Positions 61,240 to 64,000 of a stretch of DNA of 64,000 nucleotides are shown one piece after another. The notes below the pieces were generated by a model. That model saw nothing but the letters and a program-made list of their open reading frames with translations, did no database searches and was not told the DNA's origin. The position numbers were made by a program, and so were the translations under genes. The DNA comes from Zygnema circumcarinatum SAG 698-1b (lineage: Eukaryota; Plantae; Zygnematophyceae), in NCBI GenBank assembly GCA_037447605.1, contig CM074816.1, forward strand, positions 124,001 through 188,000. The letters are read 5' to 3'. Positions within the stretch are counted from its first letter, which is position 1. The number at the start of each line of letters is the position of its first letter.

Positions 61240-64000
61240 ATGGCCGCCCTCCCCGTGCAAGCGACCGTCTTTCTGTGTCTCCTAACCCTAATGTCCCGTT
61301 CCATGTCACGAATTTCCGCCCTTCAGTTCCACGGCCCCCAACAGCTGATCGATGTGGTCAAATACGCTGAAGGCGATTTCCTAATCCCTATGCCGCCCAA
61401 GGATGCGAGGGGTTCCATGGAGAACGTTACAGTTCCGTTGAACGGAGTCGCAGGATTCCAGAGAAGGATGCCCCAGAAGGGCAGCGCGGAGGGAGTGGAG
61501 GCGGCAGCTTCTACCCCATTTGTACCCGATGGCATGAGGGCGTCTGTAAATGTGAATCCGCAAGTGGGAGTGGTGGGGTTTCCCGGGCTCAGCGCCTATG
61601 AGGAGGCGACAAGTGGCACTGGGCTGTACGCAGGCTCCAACGCGGCATTCGCGCCGTCAGACGCGGCGATGGCGGTCGGTGGGGGATACGTCGTTCAGGT
61701 GTGAACACGGAAATGGGTATTTGGAGGGGAGGTTGGGAGAGGCTAACTGTTGGGGCTCTGCCATACTTTGTTTAAACCAAAAAATGCAAAGCTTTAAACA
61801 GAATTAAACCAAGTTGTTTTTATTTTTTTTAAAGGAGTCTTTTTTATCTGAAAGGGTCTTCTGCAATTTCAGCTTGTTTTTAATTTTTATTTTTTGAAGT
61901 CTGCTTTATAAAAAAGCATTGAATTTAAGGAATGATGTTCCTAACCCCAGTTCCTTTCCTTTCCTTTCCTTTCCTGCCCCAGGTGGTGAACTCGGCCATC
62001 CGCGTGTTCCGGTCGCGCAACAAGCGCCGCCTCACGCTGCCCACGCCGCTCAACCAGTTCTGTGCGTTCCGGCACCAGGAATCAGCCCATAGTTTAACAG
62101 TCATTCCTTGCTATATAACGACTTGAAACTGAACTGGAACTGGAACTGAACTAAAACTGAGCTGGAACTGACCTGAGCTGGAACGGGAACTAAAACTGCT
62201 GGAACTGGAACTGGAACTGAACTGGAGCTGAACTGAAGCTGAACTGAAGCTGAAGTGGAGTTGAGCTGGAGCTAATGTGGAGCTGATGTGGAGCTGATGT
62301 GGAGCTGATGTGGAGCTGATGTGGAGCTGATGTGGAGCTGATGTGGAGCTGATGTGGAACTGATGTGGAACTGATGTGGTGATGTGGAACTAAACTGGAA
62401 CTGAACTAGAACTTAACTGAACTGTAACTGAGACTATCGGTTGGGTTTCCATGCAGTCAACGTGACGCCTTGGGTGAGACGCAACGGAACGGACACCATC
62501 ATCGCATTCGGCGACAACATCCTGTAAGTGCCTGCCACGTGGACCAGTCAGACGTGTCGTGTCACATGGCGTGAGTCACGTGCTCATACTCGAGTGCTCG
62601 AGTGCTTTGCCACGTGGACCAACGAAACACTGCCATGTGGTGCATTCTGACATGTCATGCCACGTGGCGTGAGCAGCATGCTCGTACTTTGCTGCTTTGC
62701 CACGTGGACCAGCCAAACACTGCCATGTAATATGAGGCTGACGTGTCATGCCACATGTCATACAGGGACCCCCACGTGGCGTACGACGGGCGGTCGCAGC
62801 GGTGGTTCGTGTCGGCGTGGGGCACGCGCGGGCCGGACTCGACGCGGTTCGCGGAGGACGAGGCCTTCCAGGTCCTCGCCGTCAGCCGTACGAGGAGCCC
62901 GCTCAGGGGCTTCGTCTACTACAAGTACAACGCGGAGTGAGTGCATGGCCATGCATGCATCATGCATGGCTAGGCCCATGCATGGCATGCATCTATGGTC
63001 AGGCTCATGCATGGCATGCATGCATGGGCATGCTCGTCCCTTGCTTAGCCAACTCAGCTTCTTAAAGCAAACAAAAAATAATTCAACAATTGTTTCGATC
63101 AGAACTACAAGGACAGAGTGTGCGTACCATTCTTTTGGTACAGGTTTTAAGATTAGAGTGATTTGAACACCGAAAAAGTGTAGTAGGAGTTGGCTGTTGT
63201 TGTGCATCAGACCCTTAAGTTGGCAGGCAGACAAAGCGAATGCTGACAGTTCCATGCTGGATCTATGCGGCCGCCGTTCCGTCAGCCTGCTGGACAGCGA
63301 GGCGCTCCATGCGGTGGCGGGGCCGTGCCCGTGCTATCCGGACTACGCGCTCATTGGCTTCGACGAGTACGGAGTGCACATAACGGCCGACAGCTACTCT
63401 CTGATCTCGGGGAACTTTGTCGGCGCGCAGATCTACTCCATCAACAAAAGGGTGAGAGGACCCTTCATGCGCCTGCATGCATTGTATACGGCTTTTTAGT
63501 TCCCATTTTGTTGGGGGGGGAACTGAGGGAGACCGAGAGGGGGAGAGGGAAAGGAGAGAGGGAGAGGAGTGGGAGCGGGAGAGGGAGAGGGAGACAGGGA
63601 AAAGGAGAGAGGGCGAATGAGAAAGAGGGAGAGGGAGAGGAAGAGATGGAGAGATGGAGAGGGAGAGGGAGCGGGTGTAAAGGAGAGGGCGAGAGCGAGA
63701 TGGAGGGAGAGAGGTTGATAGGATGAGGAGGAGGAAGAAAGCGAGAAAACTAGCTGGGGGAGGAGGACAACCCCCTCCCCCCCCCCCCTGACGTTCCTCC
63801 CTCCCTCCCTCCCTCCCTCCTCCCTCCCTCCCTCCCTCCCTCCTCCCTCCCTCCCTCCCTCCCTCCCTCCTCCTCCCTCCCTCCTCCTCCCTCCCTCCCT
63901 CTCCTTGCCTGCAGGCCCTGACATGGGGCAGAGACACCACGGTCGCCGCGCGGTTCGACGGCGCGGCGGCGGCGGGCGGGCGGCTCCTCGCGCCGCGCGG
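61240..64000 (+). CDS. Secreted bacterial-type probable beta-rich/propeller protein, 3' end outside the window; exons 61240-61698, 61983-62061, 62457-62523, 62766-62936, 63250-63451, 63915 onward
   Basis: Signal-peptide-like N-terminus; motif string PSDAAMAVGGGYVVQ|VVNSAIRVF..PLNQF, DPHVAYDGRSQRWF, LAVSRTRSP, DYALIGFDEYGVHITAD, FVGAQIYSINKR|AL; canonical in-phase introns. Confidence 0.72.
62125..62430. repeat. Intronic (GAACTG)n and 11-bp (GTGGAGCTGAT)n tandem arrays
   Basis: Read directly. Confidence 0.9.

Noticed and set aside
62270-62385. Possible CRISPR-like array
   Set aside because: 11-bp head-to-tail repeat with no unique spacers, in a eukaryotic intron, and no cas genes

Overview
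Eukaryotic, intron-rich plant-lineage (streptophyte) genomic DNA with several N gaps. The gene content and the microsatellite-filled introns suggest a charophyte alga or non-seed plant (inference; no taxon can be proven from the sequence). Reconstructed by hand from the ORF track and splice sites, in order: the 3' end of an alpha-1,3-fucosyltransferase, a chloroplast DEAD-box helicase (RH58, with a GC-AG intron), an uncharacterised plant membrane protein, a foldback MITE, an isolated 49-nt 18S rRNA fragment, a UBA-containing DRM de novo DNA methyltransferase, a decayed CHD3/PICKLE fragment, a DUF547 gene, an LTR-retrotransposon remnant, a plastid S1-domain protein with an internally duplicated three-exon module, a LEA gene with an ABRE-rich promoter, an orphan TM protein, a repeat-containing coiled-coil protein, a plastid SET-domain (LSMT-family) methyltransferase, a divergent KAI2/D14-like hydrolase and, head-to-head with it, an intron-containing secreted protein resembling a bacterial family (HGT candidate). 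Most long low-complexity ORFs in the track are microsatellite artefacts. All homology calls are from recalled motifs, not database searches.
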